Below, piece by piece: positions 1-12,885 of a stretch of 64,000 nt of DNA (positions within the stretch are counted from its first letter, which is position 1; every line of letters starts with the position of its first letter). Source of the stretch: Chiloscyllium plagiosum (taxonomy: Eukaryota); assembly GCF_004010195.1 (NCBI RefSeq), contig NC_057737.1, positions 19,938,327 through 20,002,326 on the forward strand, in the 5' to 3' direction. Below the pieces are notes generated by a model that was given only the letters and a program-made list of their open reading frames with translations, had not been told where the DNA came from and ran no database searches. The position numbers and the translations under genes were made by a program.

Positions 1-1694
1 AATGATAAAAATACCCTGTCTTTACAATTCCCAATCCACCATTTACCTGATGGCACTGCATCTCTGTAACTATCACCTGGATTTGAAGACGTAGCCATGA
101 AAACACTCTTTTTTTGTCATTAGTTTTTTGATTGATTTTATGTACCTAATAAAGACAGGGCATATTTAGAAACACAGACTGGTCATAGCTCATCTCGTCT
201 ATGCTGGCTACGAAAGGAGCAATTCAGCTGATGCCATTTCCCTGCCATTTTTGCTGTATTATTGCAATGTGTTTTCTTCTAAGATTGTGATTCAGTTTCC
301 TTTAGAATTCAATGATTAAACATGCTTCCACCACACTCTCAAGTTTTTAATTCTGATAATGAAGGATATTGGTCCTCCTGTAATGTCTTGTACACTTCCA
401 GCAGTTGTTGTATAATGTTGCCCAACATGCAGGATTAAAGATGGGGCTATAGTTCTTGGATTTCTATTGAAGTATGTATTATGATTGTTTCTTGGGGATT
501 AACAGTGACGTGAGCACTATGCTATAGGTCCTCACTGCCATATCTCTGCCTGCTGCATTACTCATAAGCCTAGGTGACCAGCTTTAGTTGAATAAAGAGT
601 GTAGGAGAGAATACCGAGACAACAGTAGGTGTACTTGAAAATGAGGTGCTAACCTGGTGGACTTTTACACAGCAAGGCTAAATGTGTGACAAACAGCAGA
701 AACACAGTACCGTACAGACAGAGCTAAGTGGTCTCTTAACCAACAACTCAAGCATTAAATGCTCAATCCTGTCATGCACAGCAGTGGACTAATGGGAGGA
801 GGAGAAGACTCTGAATATACCCACCTTCTACAATGGCAGAGCCCAACAAATGTCTGCAAAAGCACAGGGTGAAGTGTTGGCAACCGTCTTCAGCCTGAAG
901 TGCTGAGTATAAACTCCTTCACAGCCTCTTCAGGACCACTTCACCACTGCTCAAGGACACTTAGGACTGAAAAATAAAGGTTGGCCTTTCCAGTGACCAG
1001 CACAGCTTATGAATGAATAATAAAGAAAGCATGGATGCTAGTCTATAGCCAAATCATTTCACTCCGTATGACATCAGGAAAGAGATAAGCGTATTGGAGA
1101 TGACAAAGGCTACATGTCTCAACCTCGATTCTACAACTGTTTTCCGTCCCCCAATTTAAATTGAACTAGTAAAGCTAAAAAGAACAGTCAATATAATTAC
1201 ATGAATTATTTGCTGTCTTCCCTTTATTTCCCATCAACTGTTCTGACTTAAGTTCTAATCAAGTATGAGAGAGTTTCTGATGTATTGAGAATAATTGTAC
1301 CATTTAATTCACCTGTAAGTGTTTTCTTAGCCTCAGAGTGTGTGAAGTGATTATATAAGATTCTCACCACAACCATAAAAATATTTTACACCAATTGTTA
1401 ATGAAGTCATTTCTGATGCTGTCAAGGAGATATGAAAAACTGTTTTCAGGCTGGGTCTGAGTAGTTAATGCTTAAGTCAGAAGGTTGCTGTGGAGACATG
1501 GTGTGTCCCACCAAAGATTTCATACTCCAGCCTACACTCTGGTAGCATTTTCTGATAATATGGGCAAATACTGGTGTTTGATCAGAAAAGCCATACCAAT
1601 TGTTTTATAAAAACCTTTCATCGTTTTGTTTCATCACTGAACATAAACATTTATTCTGTGATTCTACTGTGATAAAATTCAATTAAATATTGTC

Positions 1695-2318
1695 ATGCTC
1701 ACCTTCATTGGCTGGGGCATTGAATATGAAAGTTGGCAAGTTAGATTACAAACATATAAAATTTCACTTGGACCATGTTTGGAATATTGCATGCAGTTCT
1801 GGTCACTACACTATCAGGAGGACATGAATGCTTTGGAGAGGGGCAGAGAAGGTTGACCAGGACGTTGCCTAGCCTGGATGGTTTTAGTTATGAAGAGAGT
1901 ATGGATAAACTCAGATTGTTTTCACTGGAAAGACTGGCACTGAGGGGCAATCTGATAGAGGTCTACGAATGATGAGAGTAGTAGGTAAGGTGGATAGTCA
2001 GAAGCTTTTTCTCAGGATGGAAAGGTCAACTGTAAAGGGCACAGGTTCAAGGTGAGAGGGTGAAAGTTTAAGGGAGAAGTGGGGGGAAGAATTTTCACCC
2101 AGAGGGTGGTGGGTGCTTGGAATGCACTGCCAGTGGAGATAGTAGAAGCAGGCACATTAGAAAAATTTGAGACATATCTTGATAGACACTTGAATGGGAG
2201 GCAAACAGAGGGATAGATATTGTGCATGGGCAATAAGTAGCAGGTCTAAATAAGGAGTAGGAATCAGCACAGGCTTGGTGGGCCAAAAGGCCTGATCCCA
2301 TGCTGTATTGTATACTAT
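1695..2318 (+). mobile_element. CR1-type LINE, degenerate 3' fragment
   Basis: Translated pieces such as QFWSLHYQED, GQRRLTRTLP and LFSLERLALRGNLIEVY match the CR1 ORF2 C-terminus. A CR1-like 3' UTR follows. Confidence 0.85.
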
Positions 2319-2400
2319 AATGGAAAAATACTTGGGCTTAATTTAGGCTTATATGTCTGCCATTTTGTTGGGTGTTTAACACATGGTGCAGTGAAACCCT

Positions 2401-3023
2401 TATATTGGACCAGACCAAACCCCCTCAAAATATATTAAGAAGGTAGTCTAAACCCCAACTTTATTTTAAAGGTAAGTGTAAGGTGTTGAAATCCAGATGC
2501 AATTCAATTCGTCAAACTATCGATTTTAATCAAAACACACTTTATTTTTACACTACAGTTAAAATACAGTCAAAGTAAAAAATAAAAGAAATAGCTAAAC
2601 TGTAACTTTATCAAAATGCTTAATAAGATAACAGATATATTAACTACTACTAATTGTTTCAATACAGTAACATCCTGTAAATACACCCTGGGCAAATGTG
2701 AATTGAGTAGAATGTCTCACATGCAATTCCAGCAGCAGGAATAGAAATCTACCTTTTAGCTGTAATAGAGAGAGAAATAAGAGCTTCTATTTCAAGTTTC
2801 ATGATGCCAGCAACTGCTGAAAGTTAAAACTAAAAACCTGATTGTGTGAAAGTTTGACCCCACCCAGTCAGACTGCTTTTATTGTTCCAACTTTAAAACA
2901 AACCCAGGCCTCACAAGCAGTTTACCTTATTGGCTTTGGAGTAGACTACTCATCTCCTCTGTCTCAATATTTCTTCACAAAAAAAAGGATAAAATACACT
3001 TCTTTAAGCCGAGCATCATCACA
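2401..3023. mobile_element. Solo LTR (Gypsy/ERV-like) with 4-bp TSD CCCT
   Basis: ccct|TATATTGGACCAGACC...CATCATCACA|ccct. Ends are T(G>A)T...ACA. The first ~60 nt are similar to the element at 29888. Confidence 0.7.
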
Positions 3024-4494
3024 CCCTGGATTGGAAAAGGAAGCAATGGGCTATAAAATCTTGGAGTCATTATGTTGTTTTATCAATTGAGTTCCCAGTT
3101 AAAGTGAATAGTTTTGTTATTACTGTGTCATTGACTATGTACATGGGTTAATGGTAATTCCTCACTAAATGTGTTAGCTTAAATAAAACAATAGAACACA
3201 CTGCAAGTTACAAAGCAAGCATTATAGCAACTACGTGGGTAGTTTGCAAACCCACAGCCGATCAACTAGCATGCAGAGCCGCAACATTGTATACACACAA
3301 TATGTGATATCTTTAAAGGTAAACTCTGTTGAAAGAAAGGTACACATTCCCTCTCCTTTCCAAGTGAAAGTTTGACAATGTACAATAACAAGTTAACCTG
3401 TAAGTCTCTGTAATGTGCAGGTAATTTGTTGATACATCCAGATATCATGATGATGAATTTCCAGAGATACTGTTAAGTTTTCTCACATGGACTCCAGTCA
3501 CTGTTCCAGAATTTGCTCATCCTGTAGCATTACAGCCGAACTTTGTTCCAAATTAGCCATTGATCACTTTCATCCTCAGGCTGTTTCAAGTGGTCAAATC
3601 TTAGTTTTATTGTTTTATTCTTTAAAAGTTTCTAGCTCTTTTTAAACTTATGGCTTTTCACCTTGGATTTTTAAAACTTCCACATGAGTTTTAATTTGTG
3701 TTGTTCCAATATACTTTGGCGACTGGCTCAACAAAATTGTCCAGACCTTGAATTTTCTTTCCATTTTTATTGTCTTGGGATCCGAAACCTCTTCCATTTG
3801 TTGCTTTTGTGGTTGTTCAGTTTCCACTGGTCCTGCTTGGTATCTTCCACTAGATTGCTCCTCTATCATTGCTGGCATTTATACCTGAAAGGACTGTCTT
3901 AAACATGATTAGCAGCCCTTTGTTGTGTGTGCTGCATATTTCCATCCGATTTTGCTGGTCTATCATTTTCTTCAGCTTTGCTTTGAACTCAAGCTGCTGT
4001 TTATTTTTGTAGCTGCTTCTGCTGAGCCTGAGCAGTATTACATGCAAATTGTTATGGGGTTGCCTGTGAATGGGGAATCTTTCCATAGGTTTGATGATAC
4101 AGAGTAGTTCGTCTTGTGTCCTTTGTTTCCTTTTCAGCTCTTCATTAATACTTTGTGAACTAAGTGGAGAAATCCTCGAAAAGGTTTATTATCTCGGAGA
4201 TTGTACTGTCAAGGTGGATTTATCCCAAGCTAATAGTTCATCCTTTGAGAGTCAAAGAGATGTACGGCATGGAAACAGACCCTTCGGTCCAGCTCATCAT
4301 GCTGACAAGATATACCATATCCCTCTGAACCCTTCCCATTCAAGTACTCATCCAGATGCCTTTCATTGAGTCGTAGAATTGTACAACATGGAAACTGACT
4401 TCTTGAATTTCATCTTCTCTTAATAACAGAGAGCTGAGGTTTTAGCCAAACTAATTCAGAAGAAAGTGCAATGTTGTATTCTTCTTTCATATTC

Positions 4495-5000
4495 AGTTCT
4501 GCAGATATGAGGAACTTCAGTTATACAGGTGACACTGATTTCTTTGGAAAAGGGAAGACTGAGTGACTTGATAACAGTGTTCAAAACCATGAGAAATCTA
4601 GACAGAATAAATGGAGTAAAACTGTTTCCACTGATGGAAGGATCAAGAACTAATGGGCACAGATTTCGGGTAATTGGAAAAAGAACGAATGGAGATATGA
4701 AAGAAAGACTTTTCACACATTGAGTGATTAGGACATGAAGTGGTCTGTCTGAGAGTGTGGTAGAGAAATAGATTGTTATCTGAAAGGAAGAGTCCATAAA
4801 TGCTAACATGGGGGTGGATAAAGATTGGAGCTGGAAAAAACACAGCAGGTCAAGCAGCATCAAAGGAGAAGGGGAATCAATGTTTCATGTCAGAAGTAAT
4901 ATGGAGAAGGCAAGGTATATTAATAAATTGCTTATTAATTGAGTGTGGACATAATGAGCTGAATGGCCTACATCTGTGCTGCTCCCATTCTGTTTAAGCA
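4495..5000 (+). mobile_element. CR1 LINE 3' fragment interrupted by a short inverted PLE-terminus fragment (~4820-4890)
   Basis: Translation LISLEKGRLSDLITVFKTM...SRTNGHRFRVIGKR is CR1-like. The insert gctggaaaaaacacagcaggtcaagcagcatc is the reverse complement of the PLE terminus seen at 8460-8500. Confidence 0.75.
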
Positions 5001-7333
5001 GGAGAAAGACAACTCCAGTGGTTAGCTGTTTAAAAATCTTTTTGCTTCTGATTTAGACATTTAAAAATCTGTAACCAAGGAAGAAAATGAAAATGTTAGT
5101 ATTTGCACTAACTGTTTCAGACTGAATCTAAAGGAAGATAAAAGGAAACACTAATTCCAGGGGCTAAAAAGCAATATGGTCGAGAATTTACACTTCCTGG
5201 TATGCAGAAGCCAGCGGCACTATTCGAAGTCAGGAGCGTTGTTTTTGACAAGTTTAATCAAACTGGACGAAGTATAACGATTGTCACACTTCTCTGAGGA
5301 GCACACTGGGAATCAAGACCTGCTATTTCCGGAATCATCCCGGAAGTTAGAAATGTTATCAAAACTCAAAATTCCCCAAAGTACCTGTGTTTTAGCCCCA
5401 GGTTAACAGAAAGCATAGACCAGGTTTCAGAAATGCATTCTAGCTTGAGGAAAGAACTCTGAACTATCAAAGTATGACATTACTTGTTAAAATTATAACC
5501 TCCTTATATAGCTTTGCCAATGTGCAAACACAGAAGGACATTAAAAGATTGGTTTTGTGGAGGCAAAACAGGGAACACAGTTCCACGATCCCTGTCCAGA
5601 GGGTTCACTGAGATGATCCTTTTCTGGACTTTCTATTCATCAGTCTCTCTCTCACTCTGTCTCTCTCTCTCTCTCACTCACCCCTAAGTATTTTCTAGTT
5701 CCTTGCAGGAGGCACAGGGTCACAAATTATAATGTCTCTGATTTATTAATTCAAAGCCACAGCTTACAGCAAATGGTGAGAGAAAATAAACTGGCTGTCC
5801 TCAGACCTTGGGTACTTTTTAATGCAGAAAAAAAATATCACCCCCCACTTCCAAAAGTCCAAAAGCTTCTGGCTATATCATCCACATACACAAGATGTTC
5901 AGCTGCCTGCAAGACAATCACATAGTTAATGGCAGGTAGTAGACCTTTGTTATTAACCACATGGTCACCACTCCAAAGAGCAATCAGGTACTTGCTACCA
6001 AATGAATCTCACTTTGTACAGACCCATTGGTGCCAGTTTGAATGCAATGAACTCCCACCACTGGTTGAACAAACAATAGTGCAAGCAACATTCACAATAA
6101 GTGCTCATGGTTTGCTTTTAAAAAATCCAGCCATTCCATCCACAATCCTTGGTTTTTAAAACTGTCCTTTTTTCACTTCAGGCCACAATCAAAAACACAG
6201 AAAAATTAGACAAGGATGTGAACAATGTCAATCTTTAACATCATGGGCAAGAGGATTTGCTATGAAGCATTACAAAAAAGGAGGCTGCTAACAATGAGAA
6301 GCAATTGTCAATTCTCTGAAACTGAGCTGCTTCATGTATTTCACTTTGTACAGAAAAAGCATTGTGATGCTGCCAAGATGTTTAATTTAAGATATGGCTG
6401 CACAGACAGTGGAATATCTTATTGCTCAACACTATCATGTTGACTTTTCATTTTTTATGTTCATAAAATTGTTACGTTTTGAGACAGTGTCTTTAACTGA
6501 GAGTAAATTAAAGGGGATCATGAGTCCTGTTTTTCAGTTTGTCTGATTTTAAAACCAGATGGTTTGATTGTTGGATTTTAAAAAGGTCCAGGATTGTTTG
6601 ATGAATAGGAAAGCTCATTATGTTCACACTTGGAGACAATGGCAACAGCCTCTGTGCTAATGATGTGCTCTGAGCCTCCAAAGTCGCAGAAAAGTGTTCA
6701 GAATGTCAAGTTGTAAATAGTTATGCTTTTAACTGTCCATTTGACTCTAAAAAGAAAGAAAATTGGGTTCGTATGGGTGACTAATCAGTAATTCTACATG
6801 GACAAAGTGCCCATGGGATTCACATTGCCATGGAAATGGGCTTTGAGATGGGAAGGATTTCCAAGGTGCTGCCGAGATCTCTCAGACACTGTTAGTGGTG
6901 CTAAGATTCAGGACAGGAAAAATGTAACTAGAAGCTAAAATTCTCAGTGGTTCAGCATTCTGGATACAGTTGGGAGCTCAGGCTTGGATTGAGAAGACCA
7001 AATTTTTGGAGAATTAGAATGAGGCAAGAAGTTTTGTCTTGCTGTAGCTCAAGGAGGAATCTCTAGGAAAACTTTCACAATAAAAGAACTTCTGGAATTA
7101 AAAATTTTCCAGGCTGGGAATGGAAAAGATCTCAAGTAAACCAGTGAGAGATAACAAATGTCTTGGAGTGCATATCTACCTGAAGGACAATATAATAAAT
7201 ATCTGATAGTGAGTAGGTTGTATCAAAAATTTGTTTTGTAGTTTGATGCATTAGTTACCTATGAATATAAAGTTTAATAAGTAGACCGTTGTTACAGTAA
7301 ATGTCTTTAAACATAATGAATATTCTTTCTTAG

Positions 7334-8550
7334 ACAAGAGTGTGGTGCTGGTAAAGCACAGCAGGAACGTCCTCCCACCCTGCCTCCTGTAAAAATGCTA
7401 TCCCTTATTCCCATCCCTCAGCATCTGCTCCCAGGAAGTCCAATTCTACCAAAGAACACACCAGGTGGCTTTCTTCTTCAAATACTGCAATTTCCCCTCC
7501 CACATGGTCGATGATGCCCTCCAGCACATCTCATCCACTTCCTCCACCTCTGCCCTTGAACCCCACCCCTCCAACTGCAACAAGGACAGAACTCCCCCCC
7601 CAACCCCGTCCTCACCTTCCACCCCATCAACCTCCATATACATCGTATCATCCTCCGCCATTTCTGCCATCTACAAATGGACCCCGCCACCAGAAATATA
7701 TTTCCCTCCCCACCTCTATCTGCTTTCCATAAAGACCATTCCCTCCATGACTCTTTTGTCAGATCCATGCCCCCCACCAAACCACCCTACCCTCCTGGCA
7801 CCTTTCCCTGCCACCACAGGAATTGCAAAACCTGTGCCCACACCTCCCCCTCACCTCTGTCCAAATCCCAAAAGAGCCTTCCACATCCATCAGAGTTTTA
7901 CCTGCACTTCCACACATGTCATTTACTATATCCGTTGCTCCCAATGCGGTCTCCTCTATACTGAGGAGACAGGACACCTACTTGCAGAGTGCTTCAGAGA
8001 ACATCTTTGGGACACCCGCACCAACCAACCCCACCACCTCATGGCCGAACACTTCAACTCCCCCTCCCACTGCGCCAAGGACATGCAAGTCCTGGGCCTC
8101 CTCCATCACCACACCCTAACCACCCAACGCCTGGAGGAAGAACGCCTTGGGATCCTCCAACCAGACAACGTCAATGTGGATTTCACCAATTTCCTCATTT
8201 CCCCTCCCCCCACCTTATGTCAGTTCTGACCTTCCAACTCGGCACAGCCCTCAGGACCTGTCCTACCTGTCCATCTTCCTTCCCACCTATCCACTCTTCC
8301 CTCCTCTCTGACCTATCACCATTACCCCCACCTTCATCTATCTAACGCACTGTCAGCTACCGTCCCCCCAGCCCCACCCACCCCATTTATAGCTCTACCC
8401 GCTCGGCTCACAAGCCTCATTCCTGATGAAGTACTCTTTTCTGAAAAGTCAATTCTCCTGTTCCTCAGATGCTGCCTGACCTACCGTCCTTTTCCAGCAC
8501 CCCACTCTCTACTCTGATCTCCAGCATTTATAACCCTCATTTTCTCGTAG
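7334..8550 (+). mobile_element. Penelope-like element (5'-truncated: RT thumb, Cys linker, GIY-YIG endonuclease, 3' terminal repeat) with 5' inverted terminal piece
   Basis: FTCTSTHVIYYIRCSQCGLLYTEETG is a GIY-YIG motif; PCHHRNCKTC is the linker. 7334-7365 is an inverted copy of the 3' terminus. Flanked by TATT(C/T)TTTCTTAG at 7321-7333 and 8551-8563. Degenerate hammerhead core at 8423-8450. Confidence 0.9.
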
Positions 8551-9601
8551 TATTTTTTCTTAGGACCTGGTGCAGGGGAGTGAATTGGCTGTCCTCTTTT
8601 TAACCTCCCCGGTTGACTACAGCAAAGATTTAATGGTTCTTTATTAACACAGAGCTAAATCTCACTCCAACTGTTTCAACAGAAAAAGAGTAAGGAGCTA
8701 ATTACAAGTCTCTCTTGAGTGAAAGAGAAGAGGATTTTTTTAAGACACAACATAAGACTCAAACAGGCAGATATTGACACTAGGTTAAAAGGGGTTGTGT
8801 CCAATACAAAAGGGAAGAAAGAAGAATACTTAATTTGAAGTCCTTAGGGTTTGCTTAAGGTGTAATGTGTTAAACTGAGACCAGAATTTGACAGGCTATC
8901 CTGGATCATTCACCAGTGTGATATTGTAGATATCATCGCGTTCCTTGTGTTTGCATACCTCACAAATTTATGTTGACAGCAGTTGATTTATTTATCCTGA
9001 GCCAAAAATAGAGAAAGCTTCTTCTGGTTCTCTGGTAAAAATGTATTTCTTGTGCTTTGCCAAAGTATAGATTTGAAATAGGGGTTGTTTATGTCTTCCA
9101 TGTGTGGGCCATCGCTTCCAAGCTGGATAATTATGAGTTTTTTTCATTTCCACTACATGAAACTCATCCATAAATTGTAAATTAAAAATTGGACATACAA
9201 GTCCCTTCATATCTACCTGGTTTTGGTCTTTTGTCTTGTTACTTTCTGTTCAGACAATTTTGCTTATTCCACATTGATTTCCTGGAGCTTATTGCAACAA
9301 GTGTCAACCATATTGTCAGTTTTCCCCCCTTTTTAATACCATTTCTAGTCATGAAAGTCTAAGGCATTAAAATCGGATAATGGAAGTCAAAGGTTGATTG
9401 TCCATAGTTCCTCATTATTATGATCATTATGTAATGCCCACAAAGCCATAGTAATAATCTATTGAATCTTCAACTCATAACTTCATTCCTGCCTCAGACC
9501 ATTTGTTTTGGGATCACACTGAACAATGCCTGTTTTTGGTATTCATTTGTCTCAGGAAGTAATGACTTCACATCTGACTAACAAACTGTATGCCTTTACA
9601 G

Positions 9602-9798
9602 GTTAAACATGGGACAGAATGACGTTCTTACCTTTTACGATGGTGATGATCTAACAGCAAGAATATTGGGCCAGTACACAGGCACTCATCATCCGTTCAA
9701 ACTGTACACAACCATGGCTGATGTCACCATTCAGTTCCAATCTGATCCGGCAACCAATGTGTTTGGATATCAGCAGGGATTTGTCATTCATTTCTATG
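9602..9798 (+). CDS. sez6: SEZ6 exon: C-terminal half of third CUB domain
   Basis: Acceptor tgcctttacAG|g, donor G|GTgagc. Encodes LNMGQNDVLTFYDGDDLTARILGQYTGTHHPFKLYTTMADVTIQFQSDPATNVFGYQQGFVIHFY. Phase 2 to 1. Confidence 0.95.
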
Positions 9799-11094
9799 GT
9801 GAGCCAAAAATTTTGCTTGTCCAATTAAACTCAACAATTTATTTCGCTGACTGAAAACAAGCAGATCCTGCTTAGAAACTGCACTCAAGACTAGCTCAGG
9901 TTTCACTGTAGAATATGTCTCTCACACTTGGGATATTCTTTGTACTTGTTTCAGGGAGGTACGAGTCGATCCTTTTCCTCAGACCACCAAAGAAATGACA
10001 ACCGATAATTAGACTGCGGTAAATGTTTGCCACAATAATTACTATTATTGTAGTATTCGTGGTTTGAGAGCCAATGTCATTCATTTCTATCATGCTCCTA
10101 CAGATTTTGTTCATGAACTTTATTTCCCCCTGGTATGGGGTGAGGGAGAAACAGGATTACAGCTGAGCAGTTGTAATGAGTCAGGAGTGTTGTGCAGTCT
10201 GAGCTATGTATGTCCCCATAGGCATCATCAATCTCAGCTGTCCCTGCAACTTGGAGGCAACATGAGTTCTTACAGAAAGCAAGCTCCCACAGACAAATCC
10301 ACTGAAATTCTCTGATTAAGAGAAACTTAAGTTCAAGTATTAATCTGCACTGCATTTCTTGTCAATCTTCCAAGAATCTGGCATCATGGTTACTAGGCAG
10401 CTTCCGAATGTAGTTGATAAAGCCTCCAATCCTCCCATTACTGTGGGAGGTTTTTGTTCCTTCAGTTTTCCCCCACCTGCTACACTCAGGCATTATTTCT
10501 CATACAACTGGTAGAAAGTTTCCTTAATCGTTAAAGGTCAATCCTACAATTTATTACTGAGCCACTAATTGCCTTTGTTGTTTCATTAAGCTGAGTCAAT
10601 TTAAGAACTGTTCTAGCAAACAGATTTGACATATAATTATAAAATTCTCAGCTGTGTACGCCAATCAAAATAATTAAAACTGCAGAAACCACGATCTAAA
10701 GAGACCTGCTTTAATCTTCTGAATGATTGATGGTACTGTTTTAGAACTGGAAAATAGCTTTGATTTCATCTTTCAAGATGATTTTGGCTGCAGTTTTCCA
10801 AGAAAACTTAATCAGAGTACTCAGGTTTTAGCATCATTAGCAACAGTAGAATCTATCTTCTCTGATGCTTTGTGATAGGAATAGTATGGGGCAATTTACA
10901 GAAATCAAAGTTGGTTGTATTCTTCCTGTTCGCCCTTATGTTGGACTCCTTCTGCATTTATATACATTGCTCCAATATTTCTAATTAATCGTTACTCCCA
11001 TTAAAAATGGTTGTTGTAACATTTCACAGTGAATTCTAAGAAAGTGTCATACTTTGTTTTGCTCGATGGTTATTGTGGTTCCAATAACCCATGG

Positions 11095-11460
11095 TCACTG
11101 GCAGCAGAACCTGGACAATGTTCAGGCTTGGACTGATGAGTGGCAAATGACAAGTGTCAGATAATGATCAAGTCAAGCAAGAAGAAATCTTACAGTCTCC
11201 CTTTGACGTTCAGTGATATTGTTATCACTGAATCCATCATCATCAAGAACAACCTGTGGGTTACTATTAAGCAGTAACTTAACTAGACCAGCCTTGAAAT
11301 ACTGTGGCTGCAAGCACAGGTCAAAGGCTGGAAAGTCTAAGATAAGTAATTCACCTCCTGACTTCCCAAAGCCTGTCCATCATGAACAATACACAAGTCA
11401 GCCATGCTCTCCACTTCTCTGGATGAAGTAGTTTCAACAACTCAACAAGACAGCTGCCAT
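11095..11460 (+). mobile_element. Old CR1/L2-clade LINE RT fragment
   Basis: cagcagaacctggacaatgttcaggcttggactgatgagtggcaaatg translates to QQNLDNVQAWTDEWQM, typical of the region after the CR1 RT YADD motif. Confidence 0.6.
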
Positions 11461-12529
11461 GTGGGTACACCAACATCTCTCGGTTTCTCTCTTTGTAAAA
11501 TAACATGAAGATCAAAAGGTTAATGGCTACCCAGCCACTAGCAGTGGGGAACCTATTAAGGCAATTAAAGATTCAATTAAGGCCAATGTTCTGTGGTCAA
11601 CTGGAAATTTCCTGTTGGCTGCAGGTCCACCTCCTTTGGAGCTAAAGCCCAGTGACCAATGTGGGAGGATTGGGGGCGAGGAGGAACTGCTAGTACTCCA
11701 ACACTGCTTTAAAACACCCCACCACAGATTACATACTGAGGTGGTCACGACTAAGGTTCTAGACCGCTCTGAGAAGATCATCTTCCATTGCAGCAGCGTC
11801 AGGATTGTGGCCAGTTGCCATCTAACCTTTCCCAAATATTTTCAATAATTCTTGTTGAGGTCCTTACTTTCTTCTACATACATTAGCAGCTCCCAATTCT
11901 GTGATTAGTGAATGCTGGAGGATCCTCTGTGCATCCATCAGCCTAGAAGTCTGCCTTCCATCGTAATCCTGATCCCTAATGGACCAGCTCATAATAATTA
12001 ACGTCAAGTGTTGATATGATGCAAGATTGGAATCCATAAATACACATATTTGGCCTCCTGACCCCAGAGCTAATGCTTGTTGCTCTGTATTTGGTGCACT
12101 TTCTAAATATTTAATGGTGTGTACATTACTTCACCAGATTTTGTCAGCATTCATAGTAGAGTATACACTGGGATCTTGAGTACCTTTGCTTTCCTTCACT
12201 ACATCCTTGACATTCCACAATAACCTGTATGTTCATCAGGGCTATCTGCAGTGTTTTGAAGAGCTTTTTTTAATCATTGGTTCCAGGGCATCCAATATTG
12301 CTTTTATTGGTATAGATTAATGTTTTTGAGTACTCCATGCCATTTAGAACTCATACGTTTGTTTAACTGCTGAAAATGCTTTTTTTTTACATGTCTGGTT
12401 CACTGACATGTTTAAATCAGGCAGGTTTTCCATTCAATTTAAAATTGACAGCTCTGCTGAGATCAGTGGTGCGTGAGCTGTTGTAGGGATTGATGGGTGT
12501 GCATTCATGCTGCCTTAAGAAAAGAAGGC

Positions 12530-12885
12530 ACAATTTGCATTTATATAACACCTTTCATGACTGAGCAAGTCCCAAAGCACTTCACAGTCACTGAAGTACT
12601 TTTGAGCCGTCATCACTGTTGTAGTGGAGGCAAACACAGCAGTTAATTTGTGGACGTACAGCAGAGAAATTAATGACCAGATAGTATGTGTACGAGCCGT
12701 TGACTGTAGGAGAAATAGTACCAGGAAATGTCCCCCTCCTCCACTTTAAGCAAAGCCCTAGCATTTTTCACGTCCAATTGAGCTGGAAGATGAGGTCTTA
12801 GTTTAGGGATTTAGCCAGAAACTGGCACCACTAACAATGCAGTAGCCCTCAGCACAGTACCGAAGTGTCAGCCTGCATATAATAG
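12530..12885 (-). mobile_element. Deu-domain-type tRNA SINE (SacSINE1/AmnSINE-like), old copy
   Basis: The tail aatttgcatttatataacacctttca...cccaaagcacttcacag and the core are shared with copies at ~51600-51920 (-) and 54345-54780 (+). The family name is inferred from recalled consensus. Confidence 0.55.

Noticed and set aside
6470-8649. Possible LTR (TGTTA...TAACA) hosting the PLE at 7334-8550
   Set aside because: No matching TSD (aaat versus caga) and no second copy in the window.
1-9601. Upstream sez6 exon (first half of CUB3) or other genes among the short ORFs
   Set aside because: No CGG...LSPNWP-like coding segment was found by eye. The short ORFs are low-complexity or TE-derived and lack splice or homology support.
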